From assembly GCA_037137535.1 (NCBI GenBank), contig JBAXKC010000028.1:1-32948 (forward strand): a stretch of DNA of 32,948 nucleotides, in the 5' to 3' direction. Positions 10,033-21,041 of the stretch are shown here, piece after piece. A program made the position numbers and the translations under genes. The stretch's first letter is position 1; every line of letters starts with the position of its first letter. Source of the DNA: a bacterium (GTDB taxonomy: Bacteria; Cyanobacteriota; Vampirovibrionia; Gastranaerophilales; JBAXKC01). Below the pieces are notes generated by a model, which was given only the letters and a program-made list of their open reading frames with translations, was not told the DNA's origin and did not search any database.

Positions 10033-10756
10033 TTTTATTGGTGAATGTGTAATTAATCTGTTTTTAGCTTTAAGATTTCTCTTTAGCGGTCATATAAACT
10101 GGAAGAATACACTGTTTCAATCTGCAAAAATTGGTTATGATTCTATACCTATTTCATTAGTAATCTCTTTAGTAAGCGGGGCTGTTTTTTCACTGCAAGT
10201 ATCAAAACAGTTTGTTCAAAGTGGTGCTGATGCCTATATAGGTGGGCTTATTTCAGTTGCAATTGTTAGGGAGATGGCTCCTGTTTTTGCCTCATTGGCA
10301 ATAGCTGCGAGAGCAGGAACAGCAATTGCCGCAGAAGTCGGTAATATGAAAGTAACTGAACAGGTTGATGCGTTGAAAACACTAAAAGTTGACCCTATCG
10401 AGTATCTGCTTTTACCTAGATTAATTGCAGGCTTTACTATGGTTCCGCTAATTACAATTCTTTCTATATTAATAGGAGTTTTAGGCGGAATGGTAATTGC
10501 TAAATTTTCAGTAGGACTTCACCATAACTTATACTATACCTCGGTATGGCACTCGTTAAGACCTTATGATATTTATGTCAGCCTTGTAAAAGGAGCTGTA
10601 TTTGGGGTTTTAATTACCTTAATATGCACTACTCATGGATTATTAACATCGGGCGGAGCAAAAGAAGTAGGTCAATCAACAACAAAAGCCGCTGTTTATA
10701 CTGCTATTGCAATATTATTATTTGATTACTTAATCACTTGGATCTATTACAGCTAG
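10022..10756 (+). CDS. mlaE: MlaE-family lipid asymmetry ABC transporter permease
   Basis: REMAPV, GTAIAAEVGNMKVTEQVDALKTL..DP..YLLLPR, GGAKEVGQSTT. Confidence 0.9.
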   Translation: MIINFIGECVINLFLALRFLFSGHINWKNTLFQSAKIGYDSIPISLVISLVSGAVFSLQVSKQFVQSGADAYIGGLISVAIVREMAPVFASLAIAARAGTAIAAEVGNMKVTEQVDALKTLKVDPIEYLLLPRLIAGFTMVPLITILSILIGVLGGMVIAKFSVGLHHNLYYTSVWHSLRPYDIYVSLVKGAVFGVLITLICTTHGLLTSGGAKEVGQSTTKAAVYTAIAILLFDYLITWIYYS

Positions 10757-10785
10757 TAGAAAACCGATTTCAATTTAATATGCAA

Positions 10786-10820
10786 AAATAGCGTCTATTA
10801 ATTAATAATAGACGCTATTT
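10786..10820. terminator. bidirectional intrinsic terminator
   Basis: Perfect 15-bp stem aaatagcgtctatta/taatagacgctattt between convergent mlaE and radical SAM genes. Confidence 0.8.
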
Positions 10821-10838
10821 ATTTCTATAGAACAGTAA

Positions 10839-12305
10839 TTAATTCAGAAAAATCCTCTTAAAATGTGCATAAAAAACAGCCATTTTTATTGCTCTGCTGA
10901 AAGATTCAGGATACTTAAACAGGCTTATAAAAAACAATTTCCAATAATATTTTCTATCTTTTTCAACAATTCCTAATAGAAAAACAGATTTAAATAAAGC
11001 CTTAATATTACTCCAAGTCAATTTTTCAGAACTATAACATTTGTAATCACTAAAAAAGGTTAAGACTCGCTCATAATATTCTTTTGGAGAATAAATAACT
11101 GATATTATTTTTTTATAACCTTTAAGCAGCTTTTCTTCATTCATTTTCGGAATAAAGTTCAAATAAGTATCAGTATTATTTCCCGAAGTATCTTGAATTA
11201 ATCTATTTTCTTTTTTTAACCTCTTATAAAGTTTAGTTCCCGGTAAAGCTTGTAATAAACCTACCATTGCAATAACTACGCCTGTTTTCTGTATGAATTC
11301 TATTTGTCGATCAAAAATAGTTTCATCATCATGATCAAAACCAACAATAAAACCTGCTGATACTTCCATTCCATGCTGATGAATTTTTTTGACAGAGTCA
11401 ACTAAACTTCGGTTTTTATTCTGATATTTGCCACATTCTTGAAGAGACTCAGTTGATGGTGTTTCTAAGCCCACAAAAACCGCATTAAAGCCTGCATCTC
11501 TCATTAAAGCTAATAATTCATCATCATCTGATAAATTCAAAGAAACCTCAGTCATAAAGGTCATTGACCGTTTTGTCAATCGCCTCCACTTGATAATATA
11601 TCTTAATAGCTCTTTTGATTTTGATTTATTCCCAATAAAGTTATCATCAACAATAAATATAGGTCCATCCCAACCTTTTCTAACAAGCGAATTTAGCTCT
11701 TTTATCACTTGTAAAGGCTTTTTAGTTCTTGGAATTCTTCCATTCAAATTGACAATATCACAAAATTCGCAATCAAAAGGGCATCCTCTCGAATACTGTA
11801 TTGGCATTTTAGAATAATATTTAAAATCCAACAAATCCCACTGTGGAATTGGAGATAAAGACATATCAGGTTTTTTATCTGAAGTATAGATTCTTTTTAG
11901 ATTATTTTTTTCTAAATCATTAAGAAATAAAGGCAAAGTAATTTCACCTTCATCAAGAATGAAATGATCTATTTCTGAAAATTGGTCATAAAGACTTGTA
12001 AATAAAGGTCCACCTGCAACTATTTTTTTATTAAGTTTTTTACATTTGTCGATAATTTCTTTGACTGAATCTTTTTGTGTAATCATTGCGCTTATAAAGA
12101 CATAATCAGCTGCAATTATATCGTTATCATTAAGTTTAGCGACATTCAAATCTACTAATTTACGTTCATATTTATCAGGAATCATTGATGCAATCGTCAA
12201 TAATCCCAGTGGGGGCAAAAGTGCTTTTTTGGATATAAATTTTAACGAATGTTTAAAACCCCAGAATGTATCGGGATATTCAGGATAAACTAATAATATT
12301 TTCAT
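10839..12305 (-). CDS. B12-binding radical SAM protein (DUF4070-type C-terminus)
   Basis: N-terminal cobalamin-binding-like domain (PPLGLLTIA, GGP), SRGCPFDCEFC motif, VDDNFIGN, GFIVGFDHD. Confidence 0.9.
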   Translation of the reverse strand: MKILLVYPEYPDTFWGFKHSLKFISKKALLPPLGLLTIASMIPDKYERKLVDLNVAKLNDNDIIAADYVFISAMITQKDSVKEIIDKCKKLNKKIVAGGPLFTSLYDQFSEIDHFILDEGEITLPLFLNDLEKNNLKRIYTSDKKPDMSLSPIPQWDLLDFKYYSKMPIQYSRGCPFDCEFCDIVNLNGRIPRTKKPLQVIKELNSLVRKGWDGPIFIVDDNFIGNKSKSKELLRYIIKWRRLTKRSMTFMTEVSLNLSDDDELLALMRDAGFNAVFVGLETPSTESLQECGKYQNKNRSLVDSVKKIHQHGMEVSAGFIVGFDHDDETIFDRQIEFIQKTGVVIAMVGLLQALPGTKLYKRLKKENRLIQDTSGNNTDTYLNFIPKMNEEKLLKGYKKIISVIYSPKEYYERVLTFFSDYKCYSSEKLTWSNIKALFKSVFLLGIVEKDRKYYWKLFFISLFKYPESFSRAIKMAVFYAHFKRIFLN

Positions 12306-12371
12306 AATTTGTTTTGCCTATAAATTATAAAACATATATAAATTATTCACGCTGAAAGCTTACAATAAATA

Positions 12372-12403
12372 TCCGAGTGTCTATTCATTTAGCGACACTT
12401 GGA
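12372..12403. terminator. hairpin downstream of the GT4 gene
   Basis: tccgagtgtc ... gacacttgga near-perfect stem. Confidence 0.4.
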
Positions 12404-12438
12404 CAAGAACATAAAACTTATTCAATTTTTCAACACAA

Positions 12439-13566
12439 TTAAATTTTAGAATACATATTTTCTAATTCATTTTCAAATTCAGTAAAAGTTTTATCCCAAC
12501 TAAATTTATTTGCAGTTAAAAAGGCATTTTCTGACATTTTATTAATTAAGGTTTTATTATTAAGAACAATCATCATTTTTTCAGCAAGATTTTTTTCGGG
12601 GTTTCTCATGCTAAAAACAAATCCATTTTCTCCATCATCAATAATCTCAGAAGCACCGCAGTTTGAACTGACAATACATATTTTCTTATTTGCCATAGCT
12701 TCAAGAGTGACAAGATTAAACGTATCCTCGTAAGATGGCATAACCATGCAATCTACAGAATTATAAAAATCCTGCATGTTTTTCTGAAAATTAACAAATT
12801 CGACATTTTTTTCAATTTTATATAATTTTAATAATAATTTAACACCAAAATTCTTCTTAGCTTTAGGGTAAATTATTTTAGCATTAAAGTCATAACCTTT
12901 ATTTTTTATGAGTTTTAAAGCCTTTAACAAAATATAACCGCCTTTAATTTTAAATCCCGGAGCGGATAATCCAAAGGTTAATACTGAATCATTTGTATAA
13001 TTTTTAGGTTTGAGGATATTTTCAGGAATATCAACACCGGGATAAATTACGCTTATATTTTCAGCAGGAGTGTTGAAATTATCAATAATATCCTTTTTAT
13101 GAATATCAGATACGACAAAAATCTTTTTATATCCTTGTTTTAGCCATTTATCCTGATATTTTATTCGAGTTTTTTTCTCCGATCTGAAATTGTAAAAAAG
13201 TGACTCAAAAATACTTTTTAACTTTCTTTGTCGGTGAATAAGGGAATGTCCTTGCAAAAAGGTTACTCCAACAGGCGGAGTTATATTTTCAGAAATAACT
13301 AAATCATAATTTTTATCTAAAACAGCAGTTTTAACTTCATCGTAAAAAGTTTCCATAACAACAGGATCAACATGATTATAAGGGTTTTGCATAACAATAA
13401 TGCTATTAATCCCCTCAAACGTTAATACGTTTGATTCACTACAATAAATGTCGACTAAATATTGTTTTTTTATGAATTTTTCAATAAGCTTAAAAAATAA
13501 TTTTTCTCCACCACCATGAAAACTTGAATCTTGAAACATTTTTACTACAAATGCTATTTTTTTCAT
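12439..13566 (-). CDS. glycosyltransferase family 4
   Basis: GGGEK N-terminal motif, VIYPGVD, KGG, PSYEDTFNLVTLEAMA, IIDDGENG. Confidence 0.9.
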   Translation of the reverse strand: MKKIAFVVKMFQDSSFHGGGEKLFFKLIEKFIKKQYLVDIYCSESNVLTFEGINSIIVMQNPYNHVDPVVMETFYDEVKTAVLDKNYDLVISENITPPVGVTFLQGHSLIHRQRKLKSIFESLFYNFRSEKKTRIKYQDKWLKQGYKKIFVVSDIHKKDIIDNFNTPAENISVIYPGVDIPENILKPKNYTNDSVLTFGLSAPGFKIKGGYILLKALKLIKNKGYDFNAKIIYPKAKKNFGVKLLLKLYKIEKNVEFVNFQKNMQDFYNSVDCMVMPSYEDTFNLVTLEAMANKKICIVSSNCGASEIIDDGENGFVFSMRNPEKNLAEKMMIVLNNKTLINKMSENAFLTANKFSWDKTFTEFENELENMYSKI

Positions 13567-13643
13567 TTATAATTTAACCTATATATACAAAGCTTAATAT
13601 TTGTTCTATATTATCATGAATTAAAAATTAAAATTGTGGAAGT

Positions 13644-14393
13644 ATGATTAAAAAGTTATCGAAAGAATTTAAAAAAAAATATATTAATTTTGTCTATTCA
13701 AATAGATTAATTAAATTATTAAAAGCCTTTCATTACGAAAAGATTATTTATCAGGAATTAACACTTAATAAAACGGATAAATGCTTATTATTAGCCCCAC
13801 ATCCCGATGATGAAACTTTCGGATGCGGAGGTATGCTTTTAAAATATCCTGAAAACTTTGAAGTTATTTGTTTGACTGACGGTAGATTTGGCGGACATGA
13901 CGATGATCCTGACGAACTAATTGAGACAAGAAAACAAGAATTCAGTTCAGTTATGAATCAGTTAAATATAAGTTCTTATTCGATGCTAGGAATCAAAGAC
14001 AGAAAATTAATTTATAATTATGAAACCTTTAAATCTTTAAATATTGAAGAATTTAATTATATTTTTATTCCTAATTATTTCGATCAACATAAAGACCACA
14101 AAGCTGTTACTAATTTACTTCAAAAGCTTTTAATAAATAAAAAACATAACAATAATTTAAAAATTGTTTTTTACGAAGTATGGTCAGCTCTTGCTTACCC
14201 TAATTATTTTATCGATTTAACAGATACGATTGAAAAGAAAAAAGAATTAATAAACATTTATAAATCACAGATAAAATATGTGGATTTTTTAAATGGAATT
14301 TCTTCTTTAAATGCTTATAGAGGAATGCTAGTCGATAAAAGTTATGCCGAATTTTTCAGCATAATTGACATAAAAACATTTATGAAATTTTAA
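13644..14393 (+). CDS. PIG-L family N-deacetylase
   Basis: LAPHPDDETFGCGG, R..E, DQHKDH, YKSQ motifs. Confidence 0.9.
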   Translation: MIKKLSKEFKKKYINFVYSNRLIKLLKAFHYEKIIYQELTLNKTDKCLLLAPHPDDETFGCGGMLLKYPENFEVICLTDGRFGGHDDDPDELIETRKQEFSSVMNQLNISSYSMLGIKDRKLIYNYETFKSLNIEEFNYIFIPNYFDQHKDHKAVTNLLQKLLINKKHNNNLKIVFYEVWSALAYPNYFIDLTDTIEKKKELINIYKSQIKYVDFLNGISSLNAYRGMLVDKSYAEFFSIIDIKTFMKF

Positions 14394-14748
14394 ATATTTA
14401 TTAAAATTCCACCATTTTATCAATGTTTACTATTATACTCACCCAACAAAATAATTGATAAAAAGTCATGCGAAACCTGTTTCGAGATTAACTAACTCGA
14501 ATCGCTAAATATTTTAAATTCTTTTTAATTTTTTCACTTACGCTCAACATGAAAAATATAGTTATTTTCCCCTATCCTATTAATAGGACAATATTTAAAC
14601 ACAAATTAGACGTACAGCGGTCTTAATATTTAACTGTTTTATTCCTCTGTTTATTTAAACTATAATAGTTACAAGCAGAATTGGGTTTTATTTAAGCTAC
14701 AAGCAGTTTTAATCAATTATCCAAAATAAGAAGAAAGTAAAACAAGTA

Positions 14749-15702
14749 ATGAAAATTATATTAATAACTCAGGGTGAATCAAAAATAACAGAAGAGCTAT
14801 TTAGTTCACATTACGAAATAATTGGTATAGTTGAATCTGCTCCACGATCAAAAAAAAACAAACTGCAAAAATTCTGTTTTAAATTAATAACTTTTCTATT
14901 AAAAAATATTTTTAAACGAAATAAAGGATTAAAAAACTTTGCAGAAAAAAGAAAAACTCCCTATTTTTACCTTTCTAAACAAAATTATATGGCATTTGAT
15001 AAATGGATTGAAAAGCTTAATCCAGATTTAATAGTAGTTAATTCAATGTCTCAACTTCTAAAAGAAAGTACTATTCAAATCCCCACTAAAGGAATTATCA
15101 ATATTCACCCCTCTTATCTTCCTGATTATAGAGGAGCCAATCCACTATTTTGGGTATATTTTGATAATTGCAATTATACGGGTGCAACAGTTCATTATAT
15201 TGATAAAGGCGAAGATACGGGCGATATTATTTTAAGAGAAAAAGTGTTAATAAAAAGAGGAATCAGTTCTTCTGAGTTAGAAAAAGAAATTAAAGTTATT
15301 GGTAAAGACTTAATAATTAAAGCAATAGAGCTAATTGATAAAGACTTGGTAAATAGATCAAAACAAGAATTATCACAAACAGTAAGAGCTTCTAATATAA
15401 AAAAACATGAATATCCTGAGTTAATTGATAAAACTTGGAGCGTTGAAAGAACATGGCATTTTTTCAGAGGAACAGAAAGTTATTTACCATTACTTTTTAA
15501 GGGAATAAAAGATAAATTATTTCTTGATAGTATTGAAGTGTTAAATTTCACCAAAACTAACAATAATAATTTAATATCAGGTCAAATTTATCAAAAAAAC
15601 AAATGTTTTTATGCCTGCAAAGATGGTTTTATTTTATTTAAATTAAACTATTCTTATAAGAAGATAATAAAAATATTAATAGAGTTACTTTTTGGCAATT
15701 AA
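14749..15702 (+). CDS. formyltransferase (Fmt-like, probably a sugar N-formyltransferase)
   Basis: INIHPSYLPDYRGANP and GATVHYIDKGEDTGDII. Located within the polysaccharide cluster. Confidence 0.85.
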   Translation: MKIILITQGESKITEELFSSHYEIIGIVESAPRSKKNKLQKFCFKLITFLLKNIFKRNKGLKNFAEKRKTPYFYLSKQNYMAFDKWIEKLNPDLIVVNSMSQLLKESTIQIPTKGIINIHPSYLPDYRGANPLFWVYFDNCNYTGATVHYIDKGEDTGDIILREKVLIKRGISSSELEKEIKVIGKDLIIKAIELIDKDLVNRSKQELSQTVRASNIKKHEYPELIDKTWSVERTWHFFRGTESYLPLLFKGIKDKLFLDSIEVLNFTKTNNNNLISGQIYQKNKCFYACKDGFILFKLNYSYKKIIKILIELLFGN

Positions 15703-16653
15703 TAATTTTTTAAATTGAGCTAAAGTATTTAATAATAAAATACTTTTTGAATTAATTTTAGAGATATTAGTATATTGCTGTTGAACAGCTCCAAATCCTT
15801 TAAAAAAGTTTTCTATGGGTTCTATCATACTTCCTTCAAAGTCAAACTTAGTTGTTACAGTAGAAGCGTATTTTATAGCTTCCCACATAAGTAAAGACAT
15901 TGCACCACTGGTTCTATAATCTAAATTAGTACCACCCATTAAATAATACGCACTATTTGAATCCCATACTAAATAAAGTGCAGCATGTATATTATTACTA
16001 ATATCCTTTGCAAAGAAAATTCTTCTTGATTTATTTGTACTTAGATTTCTATCAAGTTTTTTTATAAACTCAAAAGTATAAGGAATAGCAAGCCCTTGCT
16101 TTTTAAAAACCTGATTATTTAACTCATAAAATAATTCAATATTATCATCAAAATCTACATTAATTGTTTTTTCAGCTTTACGAATTTCTTTTCTTATTCG
16201 TCCTTCAAAATTATTAAATATATTATCCACATCACTTAAATCATTAATTAAATAAGTCATTCTTGAGGTTTGTGTATAACCATTCCAATGAAAAGGTAAA
16301 AAATTCGAGAAAGAGTAATGAAAGTTCTGATTAAAATAATCAAAATCAGGTAATTGATTAATTAATTCATTAATAATTTCTTTTTCATAGGATAATTTTG
16401 AAGTATATTTTTGATTTTCAGGATATTCTATCCAAATACCTATGGATTGAGTCAATAAAGGAAGAGTAATATATTTATATTTACCATACTTATGTGACAA
16501 ACAATAAGGAAGACTTGCAACAATCCTATTATTTCTAATAACTAATGCAACATCCCAATTATCTGTAACAGAATCTAGCCACCAACTTTTAGAAAAAAGT
16601 GGAATTGATGGTTCGGATTTGCATAGTTCAATATATTTTTGTTTATTACTCAT
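15685..16653 (-). CDS. GNAT/FemAB-like acyltransferase
   Basis: PLFSKSWWLD, AYYLMGG, LLMWEAIKYA, FDFEGSMIEPIENFFKGFGA. Confidence 0.8.
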   Translation of the reverse strand: MSNKQKYIELCKSEPSIPLFSKSWWLDSVTDNWDVALVIRNNRIVASLPYCLSHKYGKYKYITLPLLTQSIGIWIEYPENQKYTSKLSYEKEIINELINQLPDFDYFNQNFHYSFSNFLPFHWNGYTQTSRMTYLINDLSDVDNIFNNFEGRIRKEIRKAEKTINVDFDDNIELFYELNNQVFKKQGLAIPYTFEFIKKLDRNLSTNKSRRIFFAKDISNNIHAALYLVWDSNSAYYLMGGTNLDYRTSGAMSLLMWEAIKYASTVTTKFDFEGSMIEPIENFFKGFGAVQQQYTNISKINSKSILLLNTLAQFKKLLIAKK

Positions 16654-16656
16654 AAG

Positions 16657-17178
16657 TTAATAAGCATCCTCACCTGAATACTCTGGCAGTCGTTTTATAA
16701 TCCTTGCTGGATTACCTGCGATAAGACAATTACCTTCATTAAAACTTTTAGTTACAACTGCCCCTGCACCAATAATTGTGTGTTTTCCAAGTTCAACACC
16801 TGCTAGTATAACTGCATTAGCACCAATCCAACAATCATCACCAATTTTTATAGGATTAGTTTTTATATGTTTAGTAAAATCAGTTAATTCATGGTTTGCA
16901 GAAATAATCTTAACACCAGCTGCGACAATAACATTTTTCCCCACTTCAATTCCATTTGTAGCTTGAATATAGCAACCATTTGCATAGCCTAAGAAGGGCG
17001 TTGAACTAAATTTAATATTTTCAGGTTGCATTACCGATGAACTCCAATGAACAGGCCATTTCACATTGGAATTTATCAAAAAAACTCTTTGAAATATAAA
17101 ATAAGTAATATAATTTTTAATACCAATATGTTTCAATGTTTTATTTCTATAAAGAAGGTTGCGTATAAGTTTTTTCAT
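16657..17178 (-). CDS. hexapeptide-repeat O-acyltransferase
   Basis: [33 protein letters not shown] and AGNPARIIK. Confidence 0.9.
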   Translation of the reverse strand: MKKLIRNLLYRNKTLKHIGIKNYITYFIFQRVFLINSNVKWPVHWSSSVMQPENIKFSSTPFLGYANGCYIQATNGIEVGKNVIVAAGVKIISANHELTDFTKHIKTNPIKIGDDCWIGANAVILAGVELGKHTIIGAGAVVTKSFNEGNCLIAGNPARIIKRLPEYSGEDAY

Positions 17179-17184
17179 TTAATA

Positions 17185-18552
17185 TTACCTAAAAAACATT
17201 AATCTAATTATATAAACAAATAATAAAACAGGCAAAACCCTTGATAAAGTATAGGTTAATGATTCAGTAATTTTTATTCCAACCATCCTTAATAAATATA
17301 AACAAAAAGTAAATCTTATTAAAGTACAACTTAAACCAAACAGAACTACCGTTAAAAATGGATTATTAAACACATAATAACCGATAAAAATAGGAATAAC
17401 TCTTGATAAAAGTAATATAATACTCCATATAAATCCCGGCTTAGGCTTATACAAAGCAGGAAATAAATAGGATAAAGGCGAAGACACAAGGATTAACAAG
17501 AAAAATACACTTAATATTTGAGAATATTGTCCCGCAATTAACCATTTTGAACCTAAGGCATAAGAAAAAATTAAATCACCAAATCCCAAAATAATTGAAA
17601 AAGGAATTATTCCAATCGATAAAAGTTTTTTATAGGTTTCATAACTTAATTTTTCTATATTTACAGGATTATTACGCTCTTCACTTGCTTTTTGAAAAAA
17701 AACTTGAGAAAAAGATCCTGCAACCAATGAAACAGGCATTGTAATAAATTTATAAGAAGCTGAATAATAACCTGCGACAGATGGATTGAACAAGCCTGAA
17801 AACATTATAGTCGGAAGATTTAGTGAGAATGAATTTATAAAACTTGACCAAATATTATATTTTGGAAAAGCAGAAAATTGTTTTATTTGAGTAATCATAT
17901 TTTTAATGCTAATAAATTTTAATTTAGCAAAATCTTCTTTGCAAAAAGAATAAAGAAGAAATAAAGAAGAAATAATATCACTTAATATAAAAGCAAATAT
18001 TAAACCATAAGCTTTGTATTTTAAATAGCCAAAAAGCAATGAAAAGAATGTAAGAACGATTGCTGCCATAATTCTGTTCTTACTAATTCTTGCAAATTGT
18101 TTTTTTCTATTACACCAATATATTTGAGATTGATTAAAGCCTTTTACAATATTAGATATAGGTATTAAATACAGTAATAATTGAAAATCTTTAATTCCTA
18201 TCATTGAGGTTAATAATGAATTAAATAATATTATGATTAAAAAAATCAATAAACTAAATGCTACTGAGAAAGCAGCAGAAAATGCAAGTAAATTTATGGC
18301 ATCTTCTTCTTTTTCGGGTAATAAAATGGCTTGTTCATATCCTGCATTAAGTATAACAATGAAAATCCCACTTATAGATGCAAATAAGCCATAAATACCA
18401 AAATCAGCGGGTGAAAAGATTCTTGTCAATAAAGGGGTCGATATTATAACTAGAAATTGTGAAATTGCAGTTCCAGTTACAAGTTTTATTACATTTTGAG
18501 TAAATTCACCCTGAAAATTAGTTTTAATTTTATCTTTTATAGTCCTAATCAT
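17185..18552 (-). CDS. Wzx-type oligosaccharide flippase
   Basis: Multi-TM protein. GTAISQ..PLLTRIFSPADFG, YEQAILLP, SFSQVFFQ. Confidence 0.88.
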   Translation of the reverse strand: MIRTIKDKIKTNFQGEFTQNVIKLVTGTAISQFLVIISTPLLTRIFSPADFGIYGLFASISGIFIVILNAGYEQAILLPEKEEDAINLLAFSAAFSVAFSLLIFLIIILFNSLLTSMIGIKDFQLLLYLIPISNIVKGFNQSQIYWCNRKKQFARISKNRIMAAIVLTFFSLLFGYLKYKAYGLIFAFILSDIISSLFLLYSFCKEDFAKLKFISIKNMITQIKQFSAFPKYNIWSSFINSFSLNLPTIMFSGLFNPSVAGYYSASYKFITMPVSLVAGSFSQVFFQKASEERNNPVNIEKLSYETYKKLLSIGIIPFSIILGFGDLIFSYALGSKWLIAGQYSQILSVFFLLILVSSPLSYLFPALYKPKPGFIWSIILLLSRVIPIFIGYYVFNNPFLTVVLFGLSCTLIRFTFCLYLLRMVGIKITESLTYTLSRVLPVLLFVYIIRLMFFR

Positions 18553-19895
18553 TAACTAAGCCTTGCTTTCATAAAGCTAATAATCTTCAAATACAACTCA
18601 AAATATTCTTTGTTTGTATGAAAAATAGTATTATGAGTCAAATAAGTTAGAGCCATATTATATTTTTCACTTAAATTATTAAATTTATTAATTAAATTAA
18701 TATTCTCTTCTTGAGAGCTTTTCAAATAACAGGTTAAAGTAGAATCCATTAAAATTAATGGTCTTTCTTTCAAATTCAACTTTTTTCGAGTTAAAACATT
18801 AAATACGCTAAATAAATCCCCTGTTCCGCATCTGAAACCCACCTTATCAGCATAACCGCAACTAGAATCAGCTGTCATTTTATTGTCTTCCCAAATTTGC
18901 CATGTTAAGGGTACGGAAAAATTAAGATAATGTTGTCTGCCTTCTTTTACTGAATAGCCCAATGCATTTTCAAGCATTTGTTTTTCCTGTTGCCATATTT
19001 CAGCATTGTCAAAAGAAGAGAAACTGGGATGAAATCCGATTATTTGCTTATGATTTTCAATTTTTTTAATTATTTTGTAAAAAAGCGGATTGTCTAGCTT
19101 ATAAGTGCCATCTCTTCCTGTTTTTCGGTCTGACATGAAATAAAAATAAGATTTTATCTCATTTTGTTCTACAATTTCCAAAAGCCAATCAAAAATATCA
19201 TAAGGGTTATAAATAAATTTAAAAATATTAAAATGAAGTTTCTTGTTATAACTTTGTAGCAACTTCATGTCAAAAATAAACATATTAAGTAATGATTTAA
19301 TTGCATGCTTACCTTTAAACGGCCTGTCTATTACGTCAACATCGTGAGTGAGAAATATTTCTGACTTTTTCACAGCTCTTTCTTGTTGGAAATTATAATA
19401 TTTGAGCATATTCCATAACATTTCAACGTATTCATTTACAACAGGTCGCTCAAGAAAATTATTTTTATATGCAATAGATGCAATAGCAGGAAAGCGTCCT
19501 ATACTATCTTTTACGGGATTTACATATTCTTCCCACCTGCTAAGCATAAAAAACACACTAGAAAATATATCTATACCGCATTTTATATAGTTATCAGATA
19601 TTTCAACAGTTGAATTGCCATAAATAACAGGAATATCTGATTCTGGAGTAAATTCGTTTTGTGAAAAAATTATGTTTTGTGGTAAATTATTAATTTCTAA
19701 ATAATTCTCACTATACTTTGAAAAAAAATGATCTTCAAAAATAATTTTTTTATCGCTTAAACAAATAACGGTTGATTGAAGTTCATCAGATTGAACTGTT
19801 ATTTTATAATTCAATCCTAAAAACTCTTTAAAAATCACCTCAATTACATAGGAGCGCTCAGGAATGAAATTATCAGGAATTAAAATCTCCAGCAT
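18552..19895 (-). CDS. polysaccharide deacetylase family protein
   Basis: FFMLSRWEE, RPVVNEY, THDVD, IGFHPS, RQHYL, GFRCGT. Confidence 0.8.
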   Translation of the reverse strand: MLEILIPDNFIPERSYVIEVIFKEFLGLNYKITVQSDELQSTVICLSDKKIIFEDHFFSKYSENYLEINNLPQNIIFSQNEFTPESDIPVIYGNSTVEISDNYIKCGIDIFSSVFFMLSRWEEYVNPVKDSIGRFPAIASIAYKNNFLERPVVNEYVEMLWNMLKYYNFQQERAVKKSEIFLTHDVDVIDRPFKGKHAIKSLLNMFIFDMKLLQSYNKKLHFNIFKFIYNPYDIFDWLLEIVEQNEIKSYFYFMSDRKTGRDGTYKLDNPLFYKIIKKIENHKQIIGFHPSFSSFDNAEIWQQEKQMLENALGYSVKEGRQHYLNFSVPLTWQIWEDNKMTADSSCGYADKVGFRCGTGDLFSVFNVLTRKKLNLKERPLILMDSTLTCYLKSSQEENINLINKFNNLSEKYNMALTYLTHNTIFHTNKEYFELYLKIISFMKARLS

Positions 19896-19901
19896 TATGT
19901 T

Positions 19902-21035
19902 TTACCCTAATATACTTTTTAAGCTATTACAGACGTAAGCAACATCATCCTTTGTCATTGTCGGATAGAGAGGCAAAGTTAAAACTCTCGAAGAAATTTC
20001 ATTTGCAACAATTAAATCCTGTTCAATTATGTTTTTATAATGTTCAAATTGATTAAAAGCAGGATAATGTAGGCTTGTTTGTATTCCTTGAGCTTTCATT
20101 TTTTCCATTACATTAGGTCTATCAGCATTTACAGGCAATAAAACAGGAAAAATATGATAAGACGATATTCTATCAGTAAAGTCATCAGTCCAAGGAATTA
20201 TCAAGCCGTTTATATTTTCTAATAAAGAATGATAGAGCTTGACTGTTTTTTGTCGTTTTAAATTACTCTCATCAAGTTTTTTAAGTTGCTCAATACCGAT
20301 AGCTGATCTTATTTCATCAATTCGATAATTTAGCCCTGGGATAACAACATCATAAGAAATTGTCCTGCTGTTATGTCTTTCAATAGTCATTGAAGTCATT
20401 CCATGCGAACGTAACAACTTGAATTTCTGATGCAAATCAGCATTTTTTGTAGTTATCATTCCGCCTTCGCCTACTGAAAGATTTTTATTCGAGAAAAAAC
20501 TAAAACAACCTATATCTCCAATTGTTCCGCATTTTTCATTTTTATAAGAACCACCAACGGCATGCGCTACATCTTCTATCAAAATTAAATTATATTTATC
20601 GGTAATAGCTTTTATTTCATTCATATCACAAGGATAGCCCGCAAAATGAACTATTATTACAGCTTTTGTTTTATCTGTTATTTTAGACTCAATATCATTT
20701 GAACATACATTCCAGTCATATAAAGACTTTGAATCAGCAAGAACTGGTATAGCGCCTGTAATACTAACCATATTTAAGCAAGCTACAAAGGTTAATCCCG
20801 AAATTATTACTTCGTCCCCTGCTCCAATACCACATGCCAGCAAAGCCAAATGCAAAGCCGCTGTGCAACTTGAAACAGCTGTTGAATAAACATTATTTCC
20901 TAGATATTCGCTGAAATTTTTCTCAAATTCTTGAGTTTTAGGCCCTGTCGTAAGCCATTTGTTATTTATAACATCAAGAGCAGCTTTAGACTCTTTATCA
21001 TCGTAATTCAAGTCAAATAGAGGGATTTTCCACAT
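19902..21035 (-). CDS. DegT/DnrJ/EryC1/StrS sugar aminotransferase
   Basis: SSCTAALH, VHFAG, EDVAHA, FSFFSNKNLSVGEGG, GLNYR, LPLYP. Confidence 0.93.
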   Translation of the reverse strand: MWKIPLFDLNYDDKESKAALDVINNKWLTTGPKTQEFEKNFSEYLGNNVYSTAVSSCTAALHLALLACGIGAGDEVIISGLTFVACLNMVSITGAIPVLADSKSLYDWNVCSNDIESKITDKTKAVIIVHFAGYPCDMNEIKAITDKYNLILIEDVAHAVGGSYKNEKCGTIGDIGCFSFFSNKNLSVGEGGMITTKNADLHQKFKLLRSHGMTSMTIERHNSRTISYDVVIPGLNYRIDEIRSAIGIEQLKKLDESNLKRQKTVKLYHSLLENINGLIIPWTDDFTDRISSYHIFPVLLPVNADRPNVMEKMKAQGIQTSLHYPAFNQFEHYKNIIEQDLIVANEISSRVLTLPLYPTMTKDDVAYVCNSLKSILG

Positions 21036-21041
21036 TTATAT

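Noticed and set aside
14465-14505. gtcatgcgaaacctgtttcgag... possible degenerate palindromic repeat element
   Set aside because: Single weak copy with no partner arm, so it cannot be supported.
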